A stretch of 64,000 nt of DNA from an uncultured Brevinematales bacterium (lineage in GTDB: Bacteria; Spirochaetota; Brevinematia; DTOW01), in NCBI GenBank assembly GCA_964475465.1, contig CAYYXA010000005.1:5202-69201 (forward strand), written 5' to 3'. Every line of letters begins with the position of its first letter. The first letter of the stretch is position 1. This document shows positions 39,869 to 49,911 of this stretch, one piece after another. Under the pieces are notes generated by a model that saw only the letters and a list, made by a program, of their open reading frames with translations, was not told the origin of the DNA and ran no database searches. Position numbers and translations under genes: made by a program.

Positions 39869-41173
39869 CTAACTTTCAGTGATATTAATCGCATGAACAA
39901 CCTTCCCATTGACAATTGTGTATCTAACAAGCCCACAAACTTCAAAACCAAGAAAACATGAATTTTTACCCTTAGAGACAAAAAAATTCTCATCTATAAC
40001 GTACTTCTTTACAGGATCAAATATCACTATATCAGCATCTGAACCTTCAGAAATATGCCCTTTTTGCGAAAGCCCTAAGATCCTCGAAGGATTAAACGAA
40101 AATGCTTTTATCAAATCCAAGAAATCCAGAGCTCCTTCTTTTACTAATTTCGTGAACAGAACAGGTAATGCAGTTTCAAGTCCGACCGTACCAAAAGGAG
40201 CTTCTTGTAATGTAAGAGATTTCTCAAATTTAGTATGTGGTGCATGATCAGTCGCTATTACGTCTATTATTCCTTCTTTCAAAGCTTCAACGAGAGATTT
40301 TCTATCCTCCTCGGTCCTCAAAGGAGGATTCATTTTCTTATTTGTGTCCAAATGTCCCAATATATCATCTTCCGTAAGAACCAAGTGATGAGGAGTAACC
40401 TCACAAGTAACGTTAATTCCAACACTTTTCGCCCACCTTATCAATTCAACAGATTCTTTAGTAGATATATGCTGCAAATGTAATCTACTTTCAGATTCCC
40501 TGGCCAGAAGTATATCCCTAGCAACAACAGTAGACTCTGAAGACTTAGGTATACCTTGCACACCCAGTTCCAAAGATTTGGCACCCTGGTTTATTACCCC
40601 TTGATAAGACAAACTAATATCCTCAGGATGCTCTAAAATAAGAACATCAAAATTTTTAGCATATACGAGGGCTCTTTGCATTATTCTAGCATCGTAAACA
40701 GGCTTCCCATCATCAGAAAATGTAAAACATCCTAACTCTTTGAATAACCCCATTTCAGTTATCTCCTTACCCTCCATATTCTTGGTTATAGTAGCCGATT
40801 GCAAAACATTAACTACTGCTTTTCTCTTTATTTTTTCAACAACATCTATATAAACCTCAGGTAAGCTTATAGGTGGATTAGTATTAGCCATAGCAACAAT
40901 TGTCGTTATACCCCCTTTAGCTGCAGCTCTCGTACCTGTCTCTATAGTTTCCTTATTTTCAAATCCCGGCTCTCTCAAATGAACGTGCATGTCAATCAAA
41001 CCTGGAAAAACAAACATTCCACTTGCATCTATCACTTCACATCCGTAACTCAAATTTTTCCCAACTCTTGCAATCTTACCATCAGAAATAAGAATATCCA
41101 ACTCCTCACCGTTAATTTTATTTTTATAACAGTATACAGAACCATTCTTTATAAGAAGATCAGCCATATACAT
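39869..41173 (-). CDS. pyrC: Dihydroorotase (cyclic amidohydrolase superfamily).
   Basis: Metal-binding HxH (LIDMHVHLREPG), the block TGTRAAAKGGITTIVAMANTNPP, and a C-terminal Asp block (ATDHAPH). 434 aa. Allantoinase or dihydropyrimidinase cannot be fully excluded. Confidence 0.75.
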   Translation of the reverse strand: MYMADLLIKNGSVYCYKNKINGEELDILISDGKIARVGKNLSYGCEVIDASGMFVFPGLIDMHVHLREPGFENKETIETGTRAAAKGGITTIVAMANTNPPISLPEVYIDVVEKIKRKAVVNVLQSATITKNMEGKEITEMGLFKELGCFTFSDDGKPVYDARIMQRALVYAKNFDVLILEHPEDISLSYQGVINQGAKSLELGVQGIPKSSESTVVARDILLARESESRLHLQHISTKESVELIRWAKSVGINVTCEVTPHHLVLTEDDILGHLDTNKKMNPPLRTEEDRKSLVEALKEGIIDVIATDHAPHTKFEKSLTLQEAPFGTVGLETALPVLFTKLVKEGALDFLDLIKAFSFNPSRILGLSQKGHISEGSDADIVIFDPVKKYVIDENFFVSKGKNSCFLGFEVCGLVRYTIVNGKVVHAINITES

Positions 41174-41500
41174 GAAGTTTAAAAGATTTCAACAGCCTTA
41201 TTACCAATTTCCAAAAAATCACTACATAGTTACTATTTTCCAAAATGCATTATACCTAAATTTACCAAATCATAAAACAAAAGATTTCAATCTATATTAA
41301 ATCTTACAGAAAACATCCCTCCCAGAGATGTTCCCGTACATCAACTAAATGCTTTTTGTCTCTATCATTTCTATCTAAAAAATTACAACTTAAGTCAAAA
41401 GCAATAAAAAACCTTCTTTGCAGAATAGAGTACATGCGAAATTGATCAAAAGCGATTTTGTAAATATTACACTGAACCTAATAGTATTTTCATAACTTAT

Positions 41501-42202
41501 TCAAGAAATTTTTAACTTTTCAATGTAGTATTCCATAAGTTCTACATCATCTTTTGTGGTTATCTTTATATTCATAATTTCACCATCAACAACATAAATC
41601 TCCGAAAGTCCCGAGTATCTAACCACCGAACTATCATCAGGGAAATCCTTGCTTCCAGTATTCATTAACTTCTTATAAGCCCCGAATATAATTTCGTACT
41701 TAAATCCCTGAGGAGTCTGCACTCGCAATACCCTTTCTCTATCCAAGAAGTCACTAACCTTTCCACCAGAAACCTCTACCAAAGTATCGAAAATTTTCAA
41801 GCACGGTATCACGGCTCCCTTTTCAGGAACAGCTTCTGCAACCTTGTTTATTAACTCCTGGGATACCAAAGGTCTTGCCCCGTCATGTATGAGTACAAAA
41901 CTATCTTTGTCCTCAACAGCTAATAAGCCATTAATTGATGATTCCGCACGAGTACCCCCTCCTTCAACAATCTTAGATACCTTACTAAAATTTCTCACTA
42001 ACTTCTCTGTTTCACCTACAAACTCTCGAGATGAAACAATAACTATTTCATCTACGTACTTATTCTTCTCAAAAGCTTCTACTGTATACTCTAATATTGT
42101 TTTGCTTCCGACGAGGAAAAACTGCTTTGGCTTATCCCAGCCAAACCTCCTACCTATCCCACCAAAAAGTATTATAGCAATCACTTTTTTGTCATTTACC
42201 AT
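41501..42202 (-). CDS. ispD: 2-C-methyl-D-erythritol 4-phosphate cytidylyltransferase.
   Basis: N-terminal AIILFGGIGRRFGWDKPKQF (GxG...PKQ(Y/F)) and size of 233 aa. Abuts speE. Confidence 0.8.
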   Translation of the reverse strand: MVNDKKVIAIILFGGIGRRFGWDKPKQFFLVGSKTILEYTVEAFEKNKYVDEIVIVSSREFVGETEKLVRNFSKVSKIVEGGGTRAESSINGLLAVEDKDSFVLIHDGARPLVSQELINKVAEAVPEKGAVIPCLKIFDTLVEVSGGKVSDFLDRERVLRVQTPQGFKYEIIFGAYKKLMNTGSKDFPDDSSVVRYSGLSEIYVVDGEIMNIKITTKDDVELMEYYIEKLKIS

Positions 42203-43056
42203 TATCCAGAGAACAAAGTCCCTTCCATCAACTCCTTATATATACTCTGGGGCAAGAAACTAATACTTCTAACATCATCAGAATAATACCTTGTTTTAAG
42301 ATTACACGTTCTATAACTTATTCTTGGGTTATAAAGTTTAGAGCCAATAGATATTGTCCACCAATAACCAGTATAAACAGGTGTAATGAAAAATGCTACA
42401 TCAATAAGTGGAAAAACATTTTTCAGTGCACTCTGGACATTTCTAACAGTATCTTGGTGATACCATATAGATTCCGTTTGTGCTGCCATTATACCGTCAT
42501 CAGTTAACACATTATACACCATTCTATAGAAAGGTTCCTCAAAAAGTGGCTTAGCAGGTCCTACAGGATCAGTCAAATCTATAAGTACAGCGTCGAACCT
42601 CTCCCCACTATAATCCCTAACAAACTTAAGCCCATCCTCGTGAAGTATCTTAAGTCTCTTATCTTCAAAAGCATCCTTATAGAGATGATAAAAGAACTTC
42701 TTACTTACCTCAGTTACCATCTCATCAATATCAACAAGCACAACATTTTGAACACTTTTATGTTTCAGAACTTCCCTAGCAACACCACAATCACCACCAC
42801 CAATTATTAGCACGTTCTTAGGCTCAGGTAGCGTAAAAAGAGGCAAATGCGCTAAAGTTTCATGATAAACAAATTCCTCTTTCTCGGTAAACTGTACCAC
42901 TCCGTCTAATACCAGAGCTAAACCAAACCCATCCAACTCCACAACTTTAATATCCTGGTACTTACTCTTCCCTGAAAACAAAATTTTTTTTACTCTATAT
43001 ACATGGTTCTCAGGGGCATAAGGATCATCATCCCAAAGCAATATATCTTTTTCCAT
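42202..43056 (-). CDS. speE: Spermidine synthase (aminopropyltransferase).
   Basis: Gatekeeper and SAM-binding motif VLIIGGGDCGVAREVLKH and the aminopropyl-donor Asp block (VDIDEMV, AVLIDLTDP). Confidence 0.85.
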   Translation of the reverse strand: MEKDILLWDDDPYAPENHVYRVKKILFSGKSKYQDIKVVELDGFGLALVLDGVVQFTEKEEFVYHETLAHLPLFTLPEPKNVLIIGGGDCGVAREVLKHKSVQNVVLVDIDEMVTEVSKKFFYHLYKDAFEDKRLKILHEDGLKFVRDYSGERFDAVLIDLTDPVGPAKPLFEEPFYRMVYNVLTDDGIMAAQTESIWYHQDTVRNVQSALKNVFPLIDVAFFITPVYTGYWWTISIGSKLYNPRISYRTCNLKTRYYSDDVRSISFLPQSIYKELMEGTLFSG

Positions 43057-43070
43057 TTCCCTCCTCCTAG

Positions 43071-43589
43071 TTATTTCTGCTTAACAGGTGCAAAAACAGC
43101 GACAAGCCTCTTGCCTTCAAACTTTGGTTCCTTTTCCAAAGCTCCGTAAGGTTTTAAATCTTCTGCAATCTTGTTCATAAGGTCATAACCTTTATCTTTA
43201 AAAGCAAGCTGCCTACCTTTAAAAACAATCGAAACTTTTACCTTGTTCCCCTCTTTTAGAACTTCAATCATATGCTCTTTCCTGTAGGAATAATCATGTT
43301 CACTTATATTAAAACCTATCTTGAACTCTTTCACTTCTATCTCCTTAAGCTTCTTCCTCGCTTCCCTCTCTTTCTTCTCCAACTCGTACTTATACTTTCC
43401 GAAATCCATTATCTTACAAACAGGAGGATTAGAACTAGGATTAACCTCTACGAGGTCCAACCCCTTCTCATACGCTATCCTCAAAGCTTCACTAGTAGGC
43501 ACTATGCCTATTTGCTTCCCATCAATGTCTATTAATCTAACTTCCGGAACCTTTATTTTTTCGTTAACTCTTATATTCAACCCCTTCAT
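43071..43589 (-). CDS. infC: Translation initiation factor IF-3.
   Basis: VRLIDIDGKQIGIVPTSEALRIAYEKGLDLVEVNPSSNPPVCKIMDFGKYKYE is the canonical IF-3 N-domain and linker. C-domain KEIRFRP-like blocks follow. Confidence 0.9.
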   Translation of the reverse strand: MKGLNIRVNEKIKVPEVRLIDIDGKQIGIVPTSEALRIAYEKGLDLVEVNPSSNPPVCKIMDFGKYKYELEKKEREARKKLKEIEVKEFKIGFNISEHDYSYRKEHMIEVLKEGNKVKVSIVFKGRQLAFKDKGYDLMNKIAEDLKPYGALEKEPKFEGKRLVAVFAPVKQK

Positions 43590-43629
43590 ATCCCCTCTCT
43601 AAAAAAATACTTAACTTAAAATAATACTA

Positions 43630-44076
43630 TCATTTATCAAAGCCCTTATTTTCATGTATACTTTTAAAAACATTCTCTTTTACTTTCTCTATAAACGAAT
43701 GTAAACTTATCTTTTGTAAGATCTGATAATGTGGAGGTAAAGCAAAAAAACCTGTATCAGAATAAACTTCTACAGTCCTTACATTCTTGCTTCTTGAATC
43801 ATTGAAAACAACAACGTAAACTTTTTTACCAGATTTAGTAGTGTTTTCTATGATCGATTTACCCTGCGGTAGAGGTAAAAAATCATAATACTTATTTAGC
43901 AAAGCATCAAAGCTCTCTTTAAACTCATTTAATTGCTTCTCAACTTCCTTTTGTGCCTTCCTTATCATTATCTCTTTCCTAATATCCTCAATAATCCCTA
44001 CTACCGAATTCCAAACTTTAGAATGGAAATTCTTGAAAATTCGCCAAACATTATTTAAAAAACTCCTTAGCCCCAT
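43630..44076 (-). CDS. Hypothetical 148-aa cytoplasmic protein.
   Basis: ORF tightly packed between infC and lspA. 4-nt gap to lspA. No recognisable motifs. Confidence 0.3.
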   Translation of the reverse strand: MGLRSFLNNVWRIFKNFHSKVWNSVVGIIEDIRKEIMIRKAQKEVEKQLNEFKESFDALLNKYYDFLPLPQGKSIIENTTKSGKKVYVVVFNDSRSKNVRTVEVYSDTGFFALPPHYQILQKISLHSFIEKVKENVFKSIHENKGFDK

Positions 44077-44079
44077 AAA

Positions 44080-44655
44080 CTAAGTTTGCTCTCGCTTTGC
44101 CTTTGATTTTAGAAAATCAGAATATAATGTTGCAAGTATTAAAAGTATAGTACCAACAGTTATGCTAGCATCAGCAATGTTAAAAGTAAAAAATCTCCAA
44201 ACGTTACCTATCCCCATATCAATGAAGTCAGTAACATAGCCAAAAATTATCCTATCAACCAAATTCCCTAAAGCTCCTCCCCATATCATACCAAAACTCA
44301 CTTTTACCCAGGGAATAACTTTTTCGTGAACGTCCCTAGATAGAGATAAATATACATAGAACAAGAAAATTATTATAAGAACGACAAGGAAAGGAAGTAA
44401 ATAATGTATAACCATAACCTCTGGAGAGTTGAATATACCAAAACTTATGCCCCTATTATACACAAGGGTAAATCTAAAGAAGTCCCCTAGTACCTCAACA
44501 GGTACATAAAGAGTCAAAACAGATCTCATGATAGCTTTAGAAACTTGATCCAAAAACAAAATTACAAAAACAACAATAACAGTTAGCCTATTAGCGATAG
44601 AAAAATGGAGTATTTCCGAAAAAACATACTTCAACCTACTTAAATACTTCTCCAT
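44080..44655 (-). CDS. lspA: Lipoprotein signal peptidase (signal peptidase II).
   Basis: Conserved boxes LDQVSK, GGALGNLVDR and FNIADASI. Four TM helices. Confidence 0.85.
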   Translation of the reverse strand: MEKYLSRLKYVFSEILHFSIANRLTVIVVFVILFLDQVSKAIMRSVLTLYVPVEVLGDFFRFTLVYNRGISFGIFNSPEVMVIHYLLPFLVVLIIIFLFYVYLSLSRDVHEKVIPWVKVSFGMIWGGALGNLVDRIIFGYVTDFIDMGIGNVWRFFTFNIADASITVGTILLILATLYSDFLKSKAKREQT

Positions 44656-44774
44656 GCGAGAATTATAAAATGAAAAACTTAAAAAATTCTATAAATTCTG
44701 CCGAAAAGCACCTATTTATTCATCTAATTCTTGATAGGTACCGTAGAGAAGTTTCGCCTCCTCGCTAATTTATT

Positions 44775-45296
44775 TTATTTCAAACAATTAACTACCAACT
44801 TAGCAATAACATAAGGTGAAACATTTTCATTCACAACTGACATATCCCAAACTTCCTCATAAAACTTCTCTCTCATTGATAACGTGTACCTAACTTCTTC
44901 TTCTAACGTCATACCTTTAACTAGAGAAGGCCTACTATCATCTCTTCTCATTCTCTCTACAATGGTGTCCACACTCGATCTAAACAACAGTACTATGCCC
45001 TTCTTTAAAATCTCTCTATTCTTCTCTCTTATTACAGAACCCCCACCAGTAGAAACAACAACCTTAGACATATTTTCAAAAACATCCTTCAAAACCTCTG
45101 ACTCAATATCTCTAAACTTATCTTCACCAAATTCAGAAAAGATATCTTTTATGCTTCTTAACGCTTTTCTCTCTATCTCCTTATCAAGATCAACAAAATT
45201 CCAATCAAGCATACGAGCTATCTCAATCCCTACCGTAGTTTTACCGGTGGCTCTATAACCGACCAAAAATATTATATCTCTTCTTTTTCTACACAT
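44775..45296 (-). CDS. aroK: Shikimate kinase.
   Basis: Walker A GYRATGKTTVG, the shikimate-binding region (VVSTGGGSV), and size of 173 aa. Confidence 0.8.
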   Translation of the reverse strand: MCRKRRDIIFLVGYRATGKTTVGIEIARMLDWNFVDLDKEIERKALRSIKDIFSEFGEDKFRDIESEVLKDVFENMSKVVVSTGGGSVIREKNREILKKGIVLLFRSSVDTIVERMRRDDSRPSLVKGMTLEEEVRYTLSMREKFYEEVWDMSVVNENVSPYVIAKLVVNCLK

Positions 45297-45299
45297 CCT

Positions 45300-46583
45300 C
45301 TAAGCAATAAGATTAATATTTTTCATAAATATTTTTACAAGATCTCCATCAAACTGCTTATTAGCTCCGTCTCTAAGTTCTCTGAATATTTCACTCATAT
45401 CCAATCTACCTCTGTAAATCCTAGATGAATTCATTGCATCAAAAGAATCAGCTATAGAAGATATCCTAACGTAAACAGGTATTTCCCTCCCTCTTAAACC
45501 TCTAGGATACCCCAAACCGTCGATCCTCTCGTGATGCATATAAGCAATATTACTAAGGTCCCTAAAGAGGCTTACAGAATCAAGTAACTCTTTACCTATC
45601 ACCGGATGTTTTTTCATCTCTTCGTAATATTCACTCGATAACCTCCCTGGATAAAACAACACCTCATCTCTCACCCCTAGTTTCCCAATATCGTGCAAAA
45701 ACGCTGAAAGCTCTATAAAATTCGGCATATACGTATTTCTATAAACAAGTTTTGCTAAGTTATAGGAATACCTAGCAACTCTCTCAGAATGAGACCTCGT
45801 ATACGGATCTCGCGCCTCTATCAGTGAAACCAAAAGAACAACAAACCATCTATATAGCTTCTCTTCATCTCTAATTCTCTCATTCAAATAAGCAATTGAC
45901 CTCTCATAAGTTCTATAATTGTTGAGAGAAACAACAATAACGTAAACTACCGAAACTATAGAAAGTATCAACAAATAACCAAGAACAGATAAATCAACCA
46001 AAAAACTTAAACTAACCCCCAAATTATCAGTCAAAACATACTTTAAAAACTCAAAAATCGTAATAGACGGAAGAAAAATATAGATTTCATATGGGAAAAA
46101 CTCCTTAGTTCTCGTCCTATAAAAATGCAAAACTTCAAATACAAAAGCTATAACTAACATTATAAGAATAACACTAACAATCCTATCCGTCAAACTTAGT
46201 AAGTCCCTAAGGAAAGAAAAGAAAGCAAATACACTTATGATAAAATACACCATTAGAATACCAACTTCATACGAGTAACGAAATCCCTTCGAAAACCTGA
46301 GTCCCAAGGGAACCAAGAAAAACAATAAAGATAAAGATAAATATTTTATTATCGAAAAGACAAAACTTCCATCCAATAATTCAAATCCATATCCAATAAG
46401 AAAAAGTAGAATGTTAGAAAAAACTATTAACATGAAATAGAGCCTATTCAGATATTCCTCCGGTAAGCTAGATCTCGAATTGAGCGAATGTAAAAAGAGA
46501 GAAAAGTAAACAGCCCAGCATACAAAGGTAGCTCCTCCAAACACTGCTACCAAAAGCTTAATAACATCACTTAAAGATATCAT
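45300..46583 (-). CDS. Multi-pass membrane HD-GYP domain protein. Putative c-di-GMP phosphodiesterase or signal transducer.
   Basis: About 7 N-terminal TM helices, then an HD-GYP domain with HSERVARY...HDIGK...HHERIDGLGYPRGL. Confidence 0.8.
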   Translation of the reverse strand: MISLSDVIKLLVAVFGGATFVCWAVYFSLFLHSLNSRSSLPEEYLNRLYFMLIVFSNILLFLIGYGFELLDGSFVFSIIKYLSLSLLFFLVPLGLRFSKGFRYSYEVGILMVYFIISVFAFFSFLRDLLSLTDRIVSVILIMLVIAFVFEVLHFYRTRTKEFFPYEIYIFLPSITIFEFLKYVLTDNLGVSLSFLVDLSVLGYLLILSIVSVVYVIVVSLNNYRTYERSIAYLNERIRDEEKLYRWFVVLLVSLIEARDPYTRSHSERVARYSYNLAKLVYRNTYMPNFIELSAFLHDIGKLGVRDEVLFYPGRLSSEYYEEMKKHPVIGKELLDSVSLFRDLSNIAYMHHERIDGLGYPRGLRGREIPVYVRISSIADSFDAMNSSRIYRGRLDMSEIFRELRDGANKQFDGDLVKIFMKNINLIA

Positions 46584-47743
46584 AACTCCTTAACCCAATT
46601 CACAAATGTTGGACACAACCCTTTACTTTTCACAGCTTCAACAAACTCATTAACACTCCTATTATCTGCTATGTCAAACTGTCCGTCAGTTTTACCCTCT
46701 GAATAACCACCAACATAAGTAGAAGAACCAGCAGACATTCTAGTAGGACCAAGTAACATTATATTATCTCTAAATTCCTTTGTCTCTCTCGTTGAAATGC
46801 TTATACCCACCCTATTAAGGAACAATCTGGCAACAGCAACAAATTGTAATATATCATCGTCACTAACATTATATATACCAAAACTAAAAGAACTCTCTCC
46901 ATGTATAGGTCGAATCCTTGGAAAAGAAACAGCAACCTCCACATGCGGATAGTTCTCGTAAATATATTCAGCATGCTTCAAAGTGAAGAAAACCTCCTTC
47001 CTAACCGGTGCCAAACCTAGCAGTGCTCCTATGTTTATTTCTCTGAAACCAGCCCTTGCACCCCTATCCGGTGTTTCAAGCCTAAAGAGATAATCTTTCT
47101 TAGGCCCAAAAACATGCAATTTATCATATACAACGGGGTCATAAACCTCTTGATAAACAGTAAGTCCTTCAGCGCCACTATCTATAACTTTTACGTAATC
47201 CTCCTCAGTCATAGGATATATCTCAATCGAAACTTCGTCAAAATACTCCTTAAGTATCTTAACAACATTACATATATACTCAACACCTACCAGCTTTGAC
47301 TCACCCGTCAAAAGAAGAACATGTCTTATACCTCTACTACTAAGTATCTCTGCCTCTTTTCTAACTTCATCATAATTCAGAGTTCTTCTTTTAAATTTGT
47401 TAAAAACACTAAATCCACAATAAAGACAAGCATTAACACAATGATCAGAAACATACAGAGGTGCGTAAATAAAAATCACGTTTCCAAAGTACTTCCTCGT
47501 AATTAAGTAGGACTTCTTCAACATAAAAGATAAATATTCCTTAGCTAAAGGGGACAATAGAGAGATAAGATCTTCATCGTTAAGATAATCCTTAGCTAAA
47601 GCTTTTTCTACATCATCACGGGAAACCTTACCTATCTTCTCCTCAAAATCCAAACTACTATACGATTGGAAAACATCAGAAAAGCTTTTCTTAACAATTA
47701 CTTGCATGAAATAAAGATAAAAAAGAGGAAAAGTGAAATTCAA
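46580..47743 (-). CDS. ThiH/HydG-family radical SAM tyrosine-lyase-like enzyme. ThiH-like (2-iminoacetate synthase).
   Basis: FGNVIFIYAPLYVSDHCVNACLYCGFS parallels the ThiH block FGNTVSFxVPLYLSNxCANDCTYCGFS. 387 aa, which is ThiH-sized and lacks the HydG C-terminal extension. 4-bp overlap with the HD-GYP gene. Confidence 0.6.
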   Translation of the reverse strand: MNFTFPLFYLYFMQVIVKKSFSDVFQSYSSLDFEEKIGKVSRDDVEKALAKDYLNDEDLISLLSPLAKEYLSFMLKKSYLITRKYFGNVIFIYAPLYVSDHCVNACLYCGFSVFNKFKRRTLNYDEVRKEAEILSSRGIRHVLLLTGESKLVGVEYICNVVKILKEYFDEVSIEIYPMTEEDYVKVIDSGAEGLTVYQEVYDPVVYDKLHVFGPKKDYLFRLETPDRGARAGFREINIGALLGLAPVRKEVFFTLKHAEYIYENYPHVEVAVSFPRIRPIHGESSFSFGIYNVSDDDILQFVAVARLFLNRVGISISTRETKEFRDNIMLLGPTRMSAGSSTYVGGYSEGKTDGQFDIADNRSVNEFVEAVKSKGLCPTFVNWVKEL

Positions 47744-47748
47744 TAATC

Positions 47749-47770
47749 GAAGGGGGCCAAAGCCCCCTTC
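47749..47770 (-). terminator. GC-rich hairpin after the secreted-protein gene.
   Basis: GAAGGGGGC-CAAA-GCCCCCTTC, a 9-bp stem, 21 nt after the stop of the 47791-48834 gene. Near-identical core to the hairpin at 32269. Confidence 0.5.
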
Positions 47771-47790
47771 TAAAGAAATAACTAAATTCG

Positions 47791-48834
47791 CTACTGTGTT
47801 TGTCCACCTTGCTGAGCTGTAGTCTCTGTTGATGCAGCTTTCCTCTTCTTCTCCAATTCAACAAGCTCTATCATATCAATAATCCTTCTCAAGGCTCTCT
47901 TTGTATACTCTATCTTTGCCTTAGACAATATCTGCCAATACTTTTCATCGTCTATATCAAGCTCCTCCTGAACAACAGCTCTATCAAAGGACAAAGCAAC
48001 ATCCTTGAAGTATACAACAAAATCACCACCTGGTTCTTCCTGAGGCTTGTAAATCTTGAAATAAGCAAATTCTTTAAACGGTAAGGACCTTGGATAGAGA
48101 GGCAATCTCTGCAAAATCCTCTGGTTAACTGACTCTATATAGTTTGGATTCTCCCAAGCTAACCTTCTCCATCCCTGGAAGTACAAAGGCCCCATGAAAT
48201 ATTCCTCCTCAACACCGTCTTCATTCCTTAGAACAACTGAAAGCAAGTGTTTATAATTCCTTCCTGAGACCCAGACAGATACTCTCTTAACTTGCAAAAC
48301 ATTCATAAGTATACCATTCTTGACCTTCTCTTCATCTGTGAACTGCTGCTTTGAAAAATCTCCCTCAGGATCAACGGGAGAACCATCCAGATAATAAGGA
48401 GTAAACCTAAAAGGCGGCAATATCTTTGCATTAGCTAAGAAACGCCAGTTTTCTGGGAATTTCACCCTTACCCCCATTACTGTTCCCCACCTCTTACTAT
48501 CCACACTCAAAACATAGGAATCAACAATATTCGGCACAAACCTAGATGAAGAAACTAATTCGACTTTCCATTGATTCATCTTCCAAGTGTTTGGATCAAA
48601 CCATATATCAAGAAGTTTCTGAGCATTCTCTTGAGAATAGAACCATTCTCTATAAAGATCAATACCCTGCTGCTTGTAAGAATCTACAAGATTCTGCAAA
48701 TTCTGCTTCTCTCTACTTAGATATTGCGCTTGCTTTTGTTCATATACTCCAAAATCTATAAGAGTCCTCTCCACCTCAGCACTAGCAACCCCTACCATTA
48801 CTAGAAACAAAACCACTATAGATATCCGCTTCAT
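47791..48834 (-). CDS. Secreted protein of unknown function, about 347 aa. Faint resemblance to spirochaete FlaA sheath proteins; unverified.
   Basis: Signal peptide MKRISIVVLFLVMVGVASA. Trp/Tyr/Phe-rich mature region. Gln/Thr-rich C-terminal tail. Confidence 0.35.
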   Translation of the reverse strand: MKRISIVVLFLVMVGVASAEVERTLIDFGVYEQKQAQYLSREKQNLQNLVDSYKQQGIDLYREWFYSQENAQKLLDIWFDPNTWKMNQWKVELVSSSRFVPNIVDSYVLSVDSKRWGTVMGVRVKFPENWRFLANAKILPPFRFTPYYLDGSPVDPEGDFSKQQFTDEEKVKNGILMNVLQVKRVSVWVSGRNYKHLLSVVLRNEDGVEEEYFMGPLYFQGWRRLAWENPNYIESVNQRILQRLPLYPRSLPFKEFAYFKIYKPQEEPGGDFVVYFKDVALSFDRAVVQEELDIDDEKYWQILSKAKIEYTKRALRRIIDMIELVELEKKRKAASTETTAQQGGQTQ

Positions 48835-48954
48835 ACACTCCCTCCTTGTCTCTTACGATTATCGGAAAGCCAATTTTGTTAGTTTAAACCAACAAAAGGC
48901 CCCCTTTTTTACCTCCTTAATCATAAAAATAAACACACCAACTTTCAACAGATA

Positions 48955-49911
48955 TCAAAAGTTTAAAAATTCACAAACTTTCTTAAATATCCTTTCCACC
49001 ACTTTAACCAAAGCCCATTCAGATATCTCCTCAAGGTATACAACTTCATCAACAGGAGTATGCCTAAAGAGAGTAATCTGCCTTTTGGCAAAATTCCTTG
49101 TATTCTTTTTAATTAATCCTATAGCTATATCCAGCGAAATATTACCTTCCAGAAATTCTACTATTTCCTTATAACCTATAGATTGAAGAGGATATATCCC
49201 AGTGCCATATTTTCGAACAATCCACTCAACCTCGCCCACAAAACCTTTTTCTATCATTTTATCAACTCTTTCATTAACCTTTTCGTAAAGTACCCTCCTC
49301 TCAGGTAACATCAGAAACGAATAAATTTTATGTTTCGAAGGCACTGAAAGCGAATGAATCTCAGAAAACGGTTTCCCGGTCAATCTAAATACTTCCAAAG
49401 CTCTAATTATTCTCTTCAAATCATTCTTGCTAATCTTCGAAGCATAAACCTTGTCTATTTCTTTTAACATACCATAAAGAAATTCTGTTCCTTTCTCCAT
49501 AGCTAGTTTAGTAAGCTCATTCCTTATTTCGCTGTTTGCTTCCGGTGCTTCAGCAAATCCGACTCTTACGCTCTTATAATAAAGTCCTGTACCCCCAACC
49601 ATTATCGCAATACCACTTCGAGAATTTATCTCTTCAACAATCCTGTCAAAGGACCTTCTAAATTGTCCTGCACTGAACCTTCCTTCGTCAGGTTCAAGTA
49701 TATCAATCAAATGATAAGCTACTTCCTTCCTCCGCGAAAGAGCAACTTTATCAGTACCAATATCAAAGTATTTATATACTTGCACAGAATCACAAGATAT
49801 TATTTCCGACGGAATCCCCAACTCGCTTATTATCTTTAATGCCAAGGCATGAGCAATAAAGCTTTTACCTGAAGCAGTAGGACCTACTATGGATATGACC
49901 GGAACTTTCAT
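48955..49911 (-). CDS. miaA: tRNA dimethylallyltransferase.
   Basis: P-loop ISIVGPTASGKS and the block DSVQVYKYFDIGTDK. 318 aa. Confidence 0.9.
   Translation of the reverse strand: MKVPVISIVGPTASGKSFIAHALALKIISELGIPSEIISCDSVQVYKYFDIGTDKVALSRRKEVAYHLIDILEPDEGRFSAGQFRRSFDRIVEEINSRSGIAIMVGGTGLYYKSVRVGFAEAPEANSEIRNELTKLAMEKGTEFLYGMLKEIDKVYASKISKNDLKRIIRALEVFRLTGKPFSEIHSLSVPSKHKIYSFLMLPERRVLYEKVNERVDKMIEKGFVGEVEWIVRKYGTGIYPLQSIGYKEIVEFLEGNISLDIAIGLIKKNTRNFAKRQITLFRHTPVDEVVYLEEISEWALVKVVERIFKKVCEFLNF

Noticed and set aside
47791-48834. Spirochaete-type flagellar sheath protein FlaA identity for the secreted 347-aa protein.
   Set aside because: The resemblance rests on size, signal peptide and aromatic-rich composition only. 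There are no flagellar genes nearby. Kept as a secreted hypothetical.
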